A DNA stretch of 64,000 bases, from contig NZ_CANLGU010000006.1 in NCBI RefSeq assembly GCF_947490405.1, positions 103,410 to 167,409 on the forward strand, written 5' to 3'. Source of the DNA: an uncultured Algibacter sp. Its GTDB lineage: Bacteria; Bacteroidota; Bacteroidia; Flavobacteriales; Flavobacteriaceae. Below the pieces are notes generated by a model. It was not told the DNA's origin, made no database searches, and saw only the letters and a program-made list of their open reading frames with translations. Of this stretch, positions 9,280 to 19,427 are shown one piece after another. Position numbers and translations under genes: made by a program. Within the stretch, counting starts at the first letter, position 1. Every line of letters begins with the position of its first letter.

Positions 9280-9966
9280 ATGAAATACAAACTATTATTA
9301 TTCGTTGCTTTGTCAAGCTTGTTTTGCCAAGGACAAATAGATCAATCAAAAACAGGTGCATGGTATATGTACTTTTTTAATAAACAGTTTGAAAATAATC
9401 GATTTGGAATACAAGGAGATTTACAATATCGAAACTGGAATACTATTGGTGATTTAGAACAGCTTTTAGTAAGAACAGGTTTAACTTACACACCAAAAGA
9501 TTCAAACGTACTACTAACATTGGGATACGCTAATATTACAACTGGAACTTTTGGTGACAGTAATGATACAACAAGCGAAAATAGAATTTACCAAGAAGCT
9601 CTTCTTCCTCAACGTCTGTTAAATCGAGTTTTATTAACACATAGGTTTAGGTATGAGCAGCGATTTGTAGAAAATCAAGATTTTAGAACACGTTACAGGT
9701 ATAATTTATTTATAAACATTCCTTTTAATAAAAAGGATTTAACTAAAGATGCCATTTATGCAGCTTTCTACAATGAGCTTTTTATCAATGGACAAACCAA
9801 TATAGGAAATAATCAATCCGTAGAATTATTTGATAGAAATAGAACATATCTAGGTCTGGGTTATGTTTTAAAACCAGGACAAAGATTCCAGTTAGGTTGG
9901 ATGAATCAAAAAACGGTTAATTGGGGTAAAGGGCAATTGCAGTTAAGTTTTCATCATAATTTTTAA
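9280..9966 (+). CDS. DUF2490-like outer-membrane beta-barrel
   Basis: Signal peptide, HRFRYEQRF...RYRY, FDRNR, C-terminal aromatic residue (HNF). Confidence 0.8.
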   Translation: MKYKLLLFVALSSLFCQGQIDQSKTGAWYMYFFNKQFENNRFGIQGDLQYRNWNTIGDLEQLLVRTGLTYTPKDSNVLLTLGYANITTGTFGDSNDTTSENRIYQEALLPQRLLNRVLLTHRFRYEQRFVENQDFRTRYRYNLFINIPFNKKDLTKDAIYAAFYNELFINGQTNIGNNQSVELFDRNRTYLGLGYVLKPGQRFQLGWMNQKTVNWGKGQLQLSFHHNF

Positions 9967-9997
9967 AATTTAATATTAACCTTTAATATAAATAGCT

Positions 9998-10759
9998 ATG
10001 AAAAAGAGTTTACAAACAATGTTTATGGTATTAATATGCCTTAGTTTTATTTCTTGTGAAGAAAACAAAAAAGATGTAGTATCTGAATCTAAAATTGTAG
10101 AGCCAGAAATTGAACAATCAGCTGTTAAAAGTATACTTACAGCAGAGGAGCAAGCTAATATGTCGCCAGATGAGATTATTGGGCGCTTAAAAAAAGGTAA
10201 TGAAAACTTCATGACTAATAATTTAACACGTCGCGATCATTCTGCACAACGAAGAAAAGCCACAATAGGGCAATATCCAAAAGCTATCGTGCTATCTTGT
10301 GTAGATAGTAGGGTACCTGTAGAAGATGTTTTTGATTTAGGTATCGGAGATATTTTTGTTGCAAGGGTAGCAGGAAATATTGAAAATAAAGATATTGTAG
10401 GTTCTATGGAGTTTGCTACGGCTGTTGCAGGATCAAAACTAGTTATAGTTATGGGGCATACAGCCTGTGGAGCAGTTAAACATGCTATTGATAATACAGA
10501 TGCAGCTTCAATGAACATGAATGCTTTAAACGATTTGTTAAACGAGATAAAGCCATCAGTAGAAGCCACGGAGAAAAACGGAGAAGTATCTTCTAAAAAT
10601 ATAGCCTTTACTAATAGTGTTATTCAAAACAATGCTATACAAACTGTGGAGGATATTAGAAAAAGATCACCAAAAATGGCACAATTGGAGAATGAAGGGC
10701 AAATAAAAATTGTAGCAGCCGTTTACAATATGGAAAGCGGTAAAGTTAATTTTATTTAG
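9998..10759 (+). CDS. Beta-class carbonic anhydrase lipoprotein
   Basis: Lipobox FISC; Zn ligands CVDSRV and HTACG; RVAGNI. Confidence 0.92.
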   Translation: MKKSLQTMFMVLICLSFISCEENKKDVVSESKIVEPEIEQSAVKSILTAEEQANMSPDEIIGRLKKGNENFMTNNLTRRDHSAQRRKATIGQYPKAIVLSCVDSRVPVEDVFDLGIGDIFVARVAGNIENKDIVGSMEFATAVAGSKLVIVMGHTACGAVKHAIDNTDAASMNMNALNDLLNEIKPSVEATEKNGEVSSKNIAFTNSVIQNNAIQTVEDIRKRSPKMAQLENEGQIKIVAAVYNMESGKVNFI

Positions 10760-10799
10760 CAATAATCATTGCCAATAGAGCTTTTAATTACAAATATAT

Positions 10800-10837
10800 A
10801 AAAGGGTGCTTTATAACTTGAAAAGGCACCTTTTTTT
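10800..10837 (+). terminator. Intrinsic terminator
   Basis: AAAAGGGTGCTTT...AAAGGCACCTTTTTTT hairpin with U-tract. Confidence 0.75.
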
Positions 10838-10867
10838 ATTAGTAATGTGTATTTTTATAACCAAATT

Positions 10868-11902
10868 ATGAAAGCATCTTACCAAAAGTATTCTCTTAAC
10901 TTCAAACAACCTAGTGGTACTTCTCGTGGTGTTCTAAAAACAAAGGAAACTTGGTTTGTTTTTTTAGAATTAAATGGAAAGCAAGGTATAGGCGAATGTG
11001 GTCTATTCAGAGGTTTATCTATTGATGATACTCCAGAATACGAAGATACATTAAAATGGACTTGTACAAATATTCATTTAGGCCTTGAGACTTTACTTGA
11101 AAAATTAATCGAGTTTCCCAGTATTCAATTTGGGTTAGAAACAGCTTTTAAATCACTTGAAAATGATAATGCTTTTAACATATTTACTTCAAAATTTACA
11201 AAAGGAGAAGATTCAATCCCTATAAACGGTTTAATATGGATGGGAAGCGAAACCTTTATGAAGACTCAAATTGCAGATAAAATAGAGAATGGTTTCAATT
11301 GTATTAAGATGAAAATAGGTGCTATAGATTTTGAAAGAGAAATAAATCTTTTAAAATCTATAAGAAAACAATTTTCATCGACAGATATTGAGTTGCGAGT
11401 TGATGCTAATGGTGCTTTTTGTGCTTCTGAAGCTTTAGAAAAATTAAAAGTATTGTCGGATTTAGATTTGCATTCTATAGAGCAACCCATAAAACAAGGG
11501 CAAATTAATGAAATGGCTTCGCTTTGTGAAAAAACCCCTCTGCCAATTGCTTTAGATGAAGAATTAATTGGAGTTTTTGATGTAACAAAAAAACAAGAAT
11601 TGTTACAAACTATCAAACCACAATTTATTATTTTGAAGCCTAGTTTGGTTGGTGGGTTTACAGGTAGTGATGAATGGATAAAATTTGCAGAAAGCCAAAA
11701 TATTGGCTGGTGGATAACAAGTGCTTTGGAAAGTAATGTTGGATTAAATGCTATTGCTCAATATACTTATATTAAAGAGACTAAAATGCCACAAGGTTTA
11801 GGAACAGGAGGTTTGTTTACTAATAATTTTGAAAGTCCATTAAAAGTAAAAAATGGTACATTGCAGTATAGAAAAAATACGAATTGGAAATTTAATTTAT
11901 AA
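10868..11902 (+). CDS. menC: o-succinylbenzoate synthase
   Basis: Enolase superfamily KMKIG, DAN, EQP, DEE, KPS; sits in the men cluster; likely start 10868. Confidence 0.92.
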   Translation: MKASYQKYSLNFKQPSGTSRGVLKTKETWFVFLELNGKQGIGECGLFRGLSIDDTPEYEDTLKWTCTNIHLGLETLLEKLIEFPSIQFGLETAFKSLENDNAFNIFTSKFTKGEDSIPINGLIWMGSETFMKTQIADKIENGFNCIKMKIGAIDFEREINLLKSIRKQFSSTDIELRVDANGAFCASEALEKLKVLSDLDLHSIEQPIKQGQINEMASLCEKTPLPIALDEELIGVFDVTKKQELLQTIKPQFIILKPSLVGGFTGSDEWIKFAESQNIGWWITSALESNVGLNAIAQYTYIKETKMPQGLGTGGLFTNNFESPLKVKNGTLQYRKNTNWKFNL

Positions 11903-11903
11903 T

Positions 11904-12866
11904 ATGGGTTACATACAACAAGCTTATAAAGGTTTATATGATATTTGGAGATATTTAGTTGGTGTTGTTATTGTGTTTTTTTCGTGGCAATTAGTTGGTA
12001 TGATTCCGCTTCTGGCTATGTTAGCAATGAAAATTTTTGGAGACAGTTCTGTAAATATGCCAACTGATATTCCTCAAATGATTGATATACTTGGAAGTAA
12101 TTTATTTCTTTTTCTAATGTTATTGTCATTTGTTTTTGGTTTAATTGGCGTGTTTATTTCTTCAAAAGTATTACATAAACAATCAATAACCCGTCTAACT
12201 ACAGTTAGGGAAAAAATAGATTGGAAACGTTTTTGGTTTATATTCATTTTATGGGGGGTGGTGTCAAGTAGTTTTGTACTCATAGATTATTACATGACTC
12301 CTGAAGATTATGAGTTGAATTTTAAACTTCAGCCCTTTTTAATTCTTGCAGCTATTGCAATCTTGTTAATACCATTACAAACAAGTTTTGAAGAGTATTT
12401 TTTCAGAGGGTATTTAATGCAAGGTTTGGGAGTGCTCTTTAAAAATAAGTGGTTGCCACTGCTTATTACATCGGTGGGTTTTGGTTTAATGCACATCGCA
12501 AATCCAGAAGTAGATAAGTTAGGACCAGTTATTATGGTATATTACATCGGAACAGGTTTGTTTCTTGGTATTATAACACTTATGGATGATGGCTTGGAAC
12601 TGGCATTAGGCTTTCATGCAGCCAACAACTTATTTACGGCGCTTTTAGTTACAGCAGATTGGACGGCTTTTCAAACAGATTCTGTACTAAAAGATTTATC
12701 AGACCCCTCAGAAATGGGATTAGTAGAAATATTTGTTCCAGTATTTGTCGTGTTTCCAATCCTGATTTTTATACTTACTAAAAAATATAAATGGACCAAT
12801 TGGAAAGATAAACTTTTGGGACCAGTTATTGAACCACCAAAAGAAGATTACAAAATATTAGAATAA
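11904..12866 (+). CDS. CPBP (CAAX/Abi) family intramembrane metalloprotease
   Basis: EEYFFRGY, FGLMH, HAANN motifs; multi-TM. Confidence 0.9.
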   Translation: MGYIQQAYKGLYDIWRYLVGVVIVFFSWQLVGMIPLLAMLAMKIFGDSSVNMPTDIPQMIDILGSNLFLFLMLLSFVFGLIGVFISSKVLHKQSITRLTTVREKIDWKRFWFIFILWGVVSSSFVLIDYYMTPEDYELNFKLQPFLILAAIAILLIPLQTSFEEYFFRGYLMQGLGVLFKNKWLPLLITSVGFGLMHIANPEVDKLGPVIMVYYIGTGLFLGIITLMDDGLELALGFHAANNLFTALLVTADWTAFQTDSVLKDLSDPSEMGLVEIFVPVFVVFPILIFILTKKYKWTNWKDKLLGPVIEPPKEDYKILE

Positions 12867-12868
12867 AT

Positions 12869-13942
12869 ATGACACCAAATTACACAAACGTACACCGAAA
12901 ATTTAAGTTAGATGGTTTAAGCTACAAGTACAATGATCTTATGGAAATAGCTTATAGCTATGTAAAAGAAGGCTTGCCTTATCAGCAGGAACTCGGTAAC
13001 TTTCTTTTAGATTGGTTAGATGCAAAAGATTATGTAATTGTAAAAACATCAGGTTCTACAGGAAGGCCAAAAAAAATAAAAATTAAAAAACAAGCTATGG
13101 TAAATTCGGCTATAGCAACAGGAGATTTTTTTAATTTAAAGCCAGGTAGTAAAATATTACATTGCTTGCCTTCAAATTTTATTGCTGGTAAAATGATGAT
13201 TGTCAGAGCTATAATTTTAGGATTAGAATTAGATATGGTAGAACCTGCAGTTCAGCCTCTAATTGATTACGAAAAAGACTATGAGTTTTGTGCTTTTACT
13301 CCAATGCAGCTCAAGTTTTTTGCCAAATACTTAAAAAACATAAAAACTGTAATTGTTGGTGGAGGAAGGGTTTCTAAGTCAATAGTTGATTTAATAAAAG
13401 ACAAGAAACCTAATGTCTATGAAACGTATGGAATGACAGAAACAGTTTCCCATATTGCTATTAAAAAACTTAATAATTTTAAAGGACAAGTAGGCGAAAC
13501 ATACTTTACAACACTTCCTGAAATCATAGTTTCTAAAGACGAAAGAGGTTGCTTGGTTATTGATGCACCTAATTTAGCAAATGATAAAATTGTAACGAAT
13601 GATATTGTAAATATCATTTCTGATAAAAGCTTTGAATGGTTAGGACGTTTTGATAATGTAGTTAACTCTGGAGGTATAAAATTATTTCCTGAGCAAATTG
13701 AAAGTAAACTTCAAGATAAAATTAATGGAGAATTCTTTTTAGCATCTAGACCTGATGATACTCTAGGAGAAAAGCTCATTTTGGTTATTGAAAGTAAAAG
13801 TAATCATCTAGATGAATCTATTTTTGATGATTTAGATAAATATGAAAAACCAAAAGAGATTCACGCGATACCAAGATTTAAAGAAACAAAATCAGGTAAA
13901 ATTCATCGCAAAAAAACCTTGGAAGCATTAAATATTATTTAA
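12869..13942 (+). CDS. menE: o-succinylbenzoate-CoA ligase (short Bacteroidota type)
   Basis: TSGSTGRPK, YGMTET, GRFDNVVNSGGIK. Confidence 0.85.
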   Translation: MTPNYTNVHRKFKLDGLSYKYNDLMEIAYSYVKEGLPYQQELGNFLLDWLDAKDYVIVKTSGSTGRPKKIKIKKQAMVNSAIATGDFFNLKPGSKILHCLPSNFIAGKMMIVRAIILGLELDMVEPAVQPLIDYEKDYEFCAFTPMQLKFFAKYLKNIKTVIVGGGRVSKSIVDLIKDKKPNVYETYGMTETVSHIAIKKLNNFKGQVGETYFTTLPEIIVSKDERGCLVIDAPNLANDKIVTNDIVNIISDKSFEWLGRFDNVVNSGGIKLFPEQIESKLQDKINGEFFLASRPDDTLGEKLILVIESKSNHLDESIFDDLDKYEKPKEIHAIPRFKETKSGKIHRKKTLEALNII

Positions 13943-13969
13943 CATCTTTCAATATAGATTAAAAATACT

Positions 13970-15733
13970 ATGAGTTTTATAAAACGTGTACTCTCAACAG
14001 TAACAGGGATTTTTGTATTCCTAATAATTTGTTTCTTTGGATTAATAATTCTTGGAGCTCTATTTGGAGGGACTTCAGAAGAGTTAGTAGAAGTAAAGCC
14101 AAATTCTGTTTTAAATTTAAAATTAGATTTCCCAATACAAGATTATGCAGGTAAAACTATTTACAAGGAATATCCCTTTTTAAATGAAGATAAGAAAAAT
14201 GGATTATTCAATTTAGTGAATGCTATAAAATACGCTAAAACCGATGATAAAATAAAAGGCATTTCTATAGAAAATAATTTTATTATGGCAGGTATATCAC
14301 AAACCAAAACGTTACGTGATGCTTTGCTAGATTTTAAAGATTCAGGAAAGTTTATTGTGGCATACGCTGATATTTACACACAAAAAGATTATTACTTAAG
14401 TTCTGTTGCTGATACGGTTTATATTAACCCCGTTGGGATGATGGAATTTAAAGGCTTATATACTGAAAGATTATATTTTAAAGATTTTCAAGAAAAATCT
14501 GGAGTAAAAATGGAAGTGGTGCGCCATGGAAAATACAAAAGTGCAGTAGAGCCATTTCTAGAAAATGAGATGAGTGATAACAATCGTCAGCAAATTTCAG
14601 TATATCTAAATGGACTTTGGTCAGAAATTAAAAAAGAAGTTTCAGAAGCTAGAAATATTCCAGTAGAGCGATTAGATATAATTGCAGATAGCTTATTGGC
14701 AAGAACACCAAACTTGGCTGTGAAATCAAATTTGGTTGATAAAATTGCATATCATGATGAATATATAAATGGTTTAAAAAACGCGGTTGGTATTACTACA
14801 GGCAAAAAATTGCATCATGTTTCTGTTGAAGATTATGCGCAACATGTAGCACCTAAACTAAAATCATATTCTAGTAAAAATAAAATTGCAGTCATTTATG
14901 CTGAGGGAGATATTATTTATGGAGAAGGTGAAATAGGAGTTGTAGGACACATCACTATGAATGAGTCTATTAAGAAAGCTAGAGATGATGAAAGGGTTAA
15001 AGCAATAGTATTACGAGTGAATTCTCCAGGAGGAAGCGCTTTGGCGAGTGAATTGATTTGGCGAGAAATAGAGTTAACTAAAAAAGTAAAACCTGTTATT
15101 GTGTCTATGGGAGATTTGGCAGCTTCTGGTGGTTATTATATTGCAACCAATGCTGATAAAGTTATCGCTGAATCTACAACTATTACTGGAAGTATAGGTG
15201 TGTTTGGAACTTTACCAAACTTTAAAAACTTAGCAGATAATATGGGTATTAATGCAGAACAAGTGGTTACCAATACTAATGCAGTGACATACAGTGTTTT
15301 TGAACCTTTAAATGAGAATCAATATAAATATATAAAAGAAGGCGTTATTGATGTGTATAGCTTGTTTACAAAGCGAGTAGCAGAAGGACGTAATCTTACC
15401 GCTGAACAAGTTGAGGAAATAGCCCAAGGAAGAGTTTGGATTGGAAATGATGCTTTAGAAAGGGGGTTAGTGGACGAATTAGGCGGTTTAGATCTGGCTC
15501 TAAAATATGCTGCAGAAGCAGCTGAAATTGACGACTATAAAATCAGGGAATATCCAGTGTTCGAAAAGAATCTAGATGAAATGTTAGAAACCTTTGGACT
15601 AGCGAAAGCCAAAGAACAAATTTTAGCTGAAGAACTTGGAGACGAAAACTATAAATTGATTAAAGAAGTGAAACGCTTATCACAGAAAAAAGGTGTACAG
15701 TTATTATTTCCTTTTAGTACTGAGATAAAGTAA
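13970..15733 (+). CDS. sppA: Signal peptide peptidase SppA, 67K type
   Basis: KYKSAVEP, RVNSPGGS, ASGGYY, ITGSIGV, QGRVW. Confidence 0.95.
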   Translation: MSFIKRVLSTVTGIFVFLIICFFGLIILGALFGGTSEELVEVKPNSVLNLKLDFPIQDYAGKTIYKEYPFLNEDKKNGLFNLVNAIKYAKTDDKIKGISIENNFIMAGISQTKTLRDALLDFKDSGKFIVAYADIYTQKDYYLSSVADTVYINPVGMMEFKGLYTERLYFKDFQEKSGVKMEVVRHGKYKSAVEPFLENEMSDNNRQQISVYLNGLWSEIKKEVSEARNIPVERLDIIADSLLARTPNLAVKSNLVDKIAYHDEYINGLKNAVGITTGKKLHHVSVEDYAQHVAPKLKSYSSKNKIAVIYAEGDIIYGEGEIGVVGHITMNESIKKARDDERVKAIVLRVNSPGGSALASELIWREIELTKKVKPVIVSMGDLAASGGYYIATNADKVIAESTTITGSIGVFGTLPNFKNLADNMGINAEQVVTNTNAVTYSVFEPLNENQYKYIKEGVIDVYSLFTKRVAEGRNLTAEQVEEIAQGRVWIGNDALERGLVDELGGLDLALKYAAEAAEIDDYKIREYPVFEKNLDEMLETFGLAKAKEQILAEELGDENYKLIKEVKRLSQKKGVQLLFPFSTEIK

Positions 15734-15735
15734 CT

Positions 15736-15757
15736 ATTTCCTGCGTAAGTAGGAATC
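15736..15757 (+). repeat. Degenerate REP family B copy
   Basis: ATTTCCTGCGTAAGTAGGAATC resembles the GTCATTCC-N-GGAATC hairpins at 31159 and 32060. Confidence 0.55.
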
Positions 15758-15769
15758 TCAAAATAAATT

Positions 15770-15802
15770 AAAGAGGCTTTTTTTATTGAAGCCTCTTTTT
15801 TT
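15770..15802. terminator. Bidirectional intrinsic terminator between sppA and the carboxylase gene
   Basis: AAAGAGGCTT...AAGCCTCTTTTTTT. Confidence 0.75.
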
Positions 15803-15983
15803 GTGTCTTCACTCAATAAAAAGATAGCTTCACTCATTATTGGTTTTTTGAATAAGTATTAGGTTATAATTTTAATGAAGTGCCATCAAACGTTTCTTCA
15901 GTAAAAGGAGAAAAAAAGAAAAATAACGCTATAGTATTAACAGCAATAAGTCTATTACCAGAAATCATTTCAGTTTTAAAAAA

Positions 15984-17627
15984 CTAAACCTGTAAAATAC
16001 CTAAATTAAATGGTTTTTCAATAGGAGCGTGGTTAGCCGCTTCAATACCCATACTTATCCAGGTTCTAGTATCTAGCGGATTTATAATAGCATCGGTCCA
16101 AATTCTAGCAGCAGCATAATAGGGCGATACTTGGTTATCATAGCGGTCTTTAATTTTATTAAATAATTCTTCTTCCTTTTCAGGCGTAATTTTTTCGCCC
16201 TGTTTTTGCAGCGAAGCTTTTTCAATTTGTAGTAATACTTTAGCAGCAGAATTTCCGCTCATTACGGCAAGTTCTGCACTAGGCCATGCAAAAATCAATC
16301 GTGGGTCGTAAGCTTTACCACACATGGCGTAGTTGCCAGCACCATAACTGTTACCAATAATAACGGTGAATTTTGGTACAACCGAGTTACTAACCGCATT
16401 TACCATTTTAGCACCATCTTTTATAATACCAGAATGTTCACTTTTACTACCCACCATAAACCCTGTAACATCTTGTAAAAACACTAAAGGGATTTTCTTC
16501 TGGTTACAATTCGCAATAAACCGCGTAGCTTTATCAGCAGAGTCATTATAAATCACACCACCAAATTGCATTTCAGTTGGTTTCGTTTTAGAGCCCGTAG
16601 TTTTTACCAGTTTACGTTGGTTAGCAACAATACCAACAGCCCAACCATCAATACGTGCGTAACACGTAATAATGGTTTGTCCGTAACCCGCTTTATATTC
16701 TTCGTATTCAGAGTTATCAACCAAACGTTTTATAATCTCATACATATCATATTGGTCCGCGCGACTTTTAGGTAAAATGCCAAAAATATCCTCTGGGTTA
16801 TCACTAGGTTTTTTAGCGTTAATTCTATTAAAACCAGCTTTGTCGTAATCTCCAATTTTATCAACAATAGTTTTAATTTTATCTAGCGCATCCTTGTCAT
16901 CTTTCGCTTTATAATCAGTCACACCAGAAATTTCGCAGTGTGTTGTAGCACCGCCTAAGGTTTCATTATCAATACTTTCACCAATAGCAGCTTTTACCAA
17001 GTAACTACCTGCTAAAAAAATACTCCCTGTTTTATCCACAATTAAAGCCTCGTCACTCATAATAGGCAAATACGCACCACCAGCAACACAACTTCCCATA
17101 ACAGCCGCTATTTGAGTAATACCCATACTACTCATTTTAGCGTTGTTTCTAAAAATGCGTCCAAAATGCTCCTTATCAGGAAAAATTTCGTCTTGCATTG
17201 GTAAATACACCCCAGCAGAATCTACTAAATAAATAATGGGTAGTCGGTTTTCAATGGCCAATTCTTGCGCCCTAAGGTTCTTCTTCCCCGTAATAGGAAA
17301 CCAAGCACCAGCCTTAACCGTCGCATCATTGGCAACAACAATACACTGTTTGCCTTTAATGTAACCTATTTTAACAACCACACCGCCCGATGGGCAGCCA
17401 CCATGCTCTTTATACATGTCTTCACCAGCAAACGCACCAATTTCTATCGCATTCGCCTTTTGGTCTAACAAATAGTCTATACGCTCTCTAGCAGTAAGTT
17501 TGCCTTTACTATGTAGTTTTTCAATACGCGATTTCCCACCGCCTAAACTCACTTTTGCTAGTCGTTTATTAAGCTCAGAAACCAAAAGTTTATTATGATC
17601 TTCATTTTTATTGAAGTTAATGTCCAT
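15984..17627 (-). CDS. Acyl-CoA carboxylase carboxyltransferase (beta) subunit, methylcrotonyl-CoA carboxylase-like
   Basis: GKLTARERI, VANDATVKAG, GSCVAGGAY, QDVTGFMVG, YGAGNYAMCG. Confidence 0.92.
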   Translation of the reverse strand: MDINFNKNEDHNKLLVSELNKRLAKVSLGGGKSRIEKLHSKGKLTARERIDYLLDQKANAIEIGAFAGEDMYKEHGGCPSGGVVVKIGYIKGKQCIVVANDATVKAGAWFPITGKKNLRAQELAIENRLPIIYLVDSAGVYLPMQDEIFPDKEHFGRIFRNNAKMSSMGITQIAAVMGSCVAGGAYLPIMSDEALIVDKTGSIFLAGSYLVKAAIGESIDNETLGGATTHCEISGVTDYKAKDDKDALDKIKTIVDKIGDYDKAGFNRINAKKPSDNPEDIFGILPKSRADQYDMYEIIKRLVDNSEYEEYKAGYGQTIITCYARIDGWAVGIVANQRKLVKTTGSKTKPTEMQFGGVIYNDSADKATRFIANCNQKKIPLVFLQDVTGFMVGSKSEHSGIIKDGAKMVNAVSNSVVPKFTVIIGNSYGAGNYAMCGKAYDPRLIFAWPSAELAVMSGNSAAKVLLQIEKASLQKQGEKITPEKEEELFNKIKDRYDNQVSPYYAAARIWTDAIINPLDTRTWISMGIEAANHAPIEKPFNLGILQV

Positions 17628-17709
17628 AGATGTATTTATTTGTACACGAAGTTACAAAACCATTTTTGCTCCTAAAAGCTATTAATTTTAAAAAATACAA
17701 TATTAATTA

Positions 17710-17794
17710 GGGCGTTACCCACAAGGGGGCGGGCTTTCACTACTCAATCCCTCCTGCGTCGGGGATTTCAAACATGCCGTTCAATCCCTAACGC
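17710..17794 (-). repeat. Dispersed repeat family A, copy 2
   Basis: Reverse complement GCGTTAGGGATTGAACGGCATGTTTGA...GAGTAGTGAAAGCCCGCCCCC...GGTAACGCCC; close match to the 25590 copy. Confidence 0.9.
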
Positions 17795-17903
17795 GGGTAT
17801 AGCAACTATCAAAAGGTCTAAACTATAATCAGTTACCTTTTGCAAAATAGCGTTTTATAACAGTTCATAAGCAACAAAATCGTCAAAATAAATAACATGG
17901 AAA

Positions 17904-17921
17904 TATATTCCTTGGAATATA
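17904..17921. promoter_or_regulatory. Candidate MarR operator upstream of doxX
   Basis: Inverted repeat TATATTCC-TT-GGAATATA; core TTCC(A/T)TGGAA shared with 19389-19414; a TAGTTTTG -7-like element follows. Confidence 0.6.
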
Positions 17922-17965
17922 AATTTATTTTACGTAGTTTTGTCATCTAATTAAAAACAATCAAA

Positions 17966-18322
17966 ATGAAAACAAATAAAATAATCTATTATGTAGCAAC
18001 AGTTTTATTAACAGCTGTAATGCTATTTTCGGTAAGTATGTACTTTTTTCAGCATGATATGATAAAAGGAGCATTTCAAAGTTTTGGGTATCCTACATAT
18101 ATAATATATCCATATGCTATTATAAAACTATTAGGTTTAGTAGCTTTATGGATGCCTGGGTATAACACATTAAAAGAGTGGGCGTATGCAGGTTTCTTTT
18201 ATGCTTTTGTTTTAGCATTTTTTGCACACTACATGGTTGGCGATGGACAACAAGGAACAGCAGTGGTAGCTTTAATAGCATTAGCAGTATCTTATATTTT
18301 TTATAAAAGAACCAACGCTTAA
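17966..18322 (+). CDS. DoxX-like membrane protein
   Basis: Four TM helices; GYPTY, LKEWAYAGF, AHY motifs. Confidence 0.85.
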   Translation: MKTNKIIYYVATVLLTAVMLFSVSMYFFQHDMIKGAFQSFGYPTYIIYPYAIIKLLGLVALWMPGYNTLKEWAYAGFFYAFVLAFFAHYMVGDGQQGTAVVALIALAVSYIFYKRTNA

Positions 18323-18395
18323 TTTGTTTAGCGTTAATGATTACATGAATGGTAATCATAATAATGAGTAGAATTAATATATTTGAAATAAAAAC

Positions 18396-18926
18396 ATGAA
18401 AAAAATAATAGCATTCGCAGGTACTAACAGTAAAACCTCAATAAATAAAGAACTAGCAATTTATGCATCTAGCTTAGTTGAAGATGTATCAGTAGATATA
18501 TTAGATTTAAACGATTTTGAATTACCTATTTATGGTATCGATTTAGAAAACGAAAAAGGTATTCCAGATAATGCCAAAACATTTTTAGCGCACATTAAAT
18601 CGTCTGACGGTATTATATTATCTCTTGCTGAGCATAATGGCGCTTATGCCACCGTGTTTAAAAATATATTTGACTGGATGTCTAGAATAGATGGCAAACT
18701 TTGGAGTGAAAAACCAATGCTTTTAATGGCAACCTCTCCAGGCGCTAGAGGAGGAGCCACAGTTTTAGACGTAGCCAAAGGGCGTTTTCCTTTTATGGGA
18801 GGTAATATAGTTGCAGATTTTAGTTTTCCATCATTTTTTGATAATTTTTCAGACGGAAAAATAACAAATACGGAGTTGAATACTGTTTTAAAAAACAAAG
18901 CAAAAACTTTTACAGAAGCACTATAA
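18396..18926 (+). CDS. NADPH-dependent FMN reductase
   Basis: AGTNSKTSIN, AEHNG, FKNIFDWMSR, TSPGARGG. Confidence 0.92.
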   Translation: MKKIIAFAGTNSKTSINKELAIYASSLVEDVSVDILDLNDFELPIYGIDLENEKGIPDNAKTFLAHIKSSDGIILSLAEHNGAYATVFKNIFDWMSRIDGKLWSEKPMLLMATSPGARGGATVLDVAKGRFPFMGGNIVADFSFPSFFDNFSDGKITNTELNTVLKNKAKTFTEAL

Positions 18927-18939
18927 TCGTATTACACGC

Positions 18940-19377
18940 ATGGGAGATATTTCAAAAGACATAAAATCTAAGTTTGCAAACAACAAAGTAAAAGCGATGT
19001 TAAACATCATTTACACCGCTAATTGGATAAATAGTATTCATAACGAATTTTTTAAAACTTTTGGTGTATCGCCACAACAGTTTAATATTTTAAGAATTCT
19101 TCGTGGTGCTGGAGCACCCCTTAAAGTTCAAGAGATAAAGGCGCGCATGCTAGAACGTGCACCAAATGCCACAAGGCTTATGGACAAACTTTGTGATAAA
19201 CAATTAATTCAACGTTTACCATGTCCTGGAGACAGACGCGTTGTACATATTGAAATTACAGAAGTTGGTTTATCATTATTAAAAGAAATAGAGGCAGATT
19301 TAAAAGATGATTTATTAGATAATTTATCTGAAGAGGAAGCTGCTACGTTAAGCAATCTTTTAGATAAAATAAGATAA
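18940..19377 (+). CDS. MarR-family regulator
   Basis: SPQQFNILRILRG, NATRLMDKL, DRRVVHIEIT winged HTH. Confidence 0.92.
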   Translation: MGDISKDIKSKFANNKVKAMLNIIYTANWINSIHNEFFKTFGVSPQQFNILRILRGAGAPLKVQEIKARMLERAPNATRLMDKLCDKQLIQRLPCPGDRRVVHIEITEVGLSLLKEIEADLKDDLLDNLSEEEAATLSNLLDKIR

Positions 19378-19388
19378 AAAAATTTAAA

Positions 19389-19414
19389 TTAATAGTTTCC
19401 ATGGAAACTATTAA
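19389..19414. promoter_or_regulatory. 26-bp perfect palindrome, candidate MarR operator upstream of pirin 1
   Basis: TTAATAGTTTCCATGGAAACTATTAA is its own reverse complement. Confidence 0.7.
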
Positions 19415-19427
19415 AAACGAAAATATT

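Noticed and set aside
18337-18359. Inverted repeat ATGATTAC-N7-GTAATCAT before the FMN reductase gene
   Set aside because: Single occurrence that does not match the TTCC(A/T)TGGAA core; cannot be assigned.
19401-19427. Upstream ATG for pirin 1
   Set aside because: Lies at the centre of the operator-like palindrome; ATG 19428 is more plausible.
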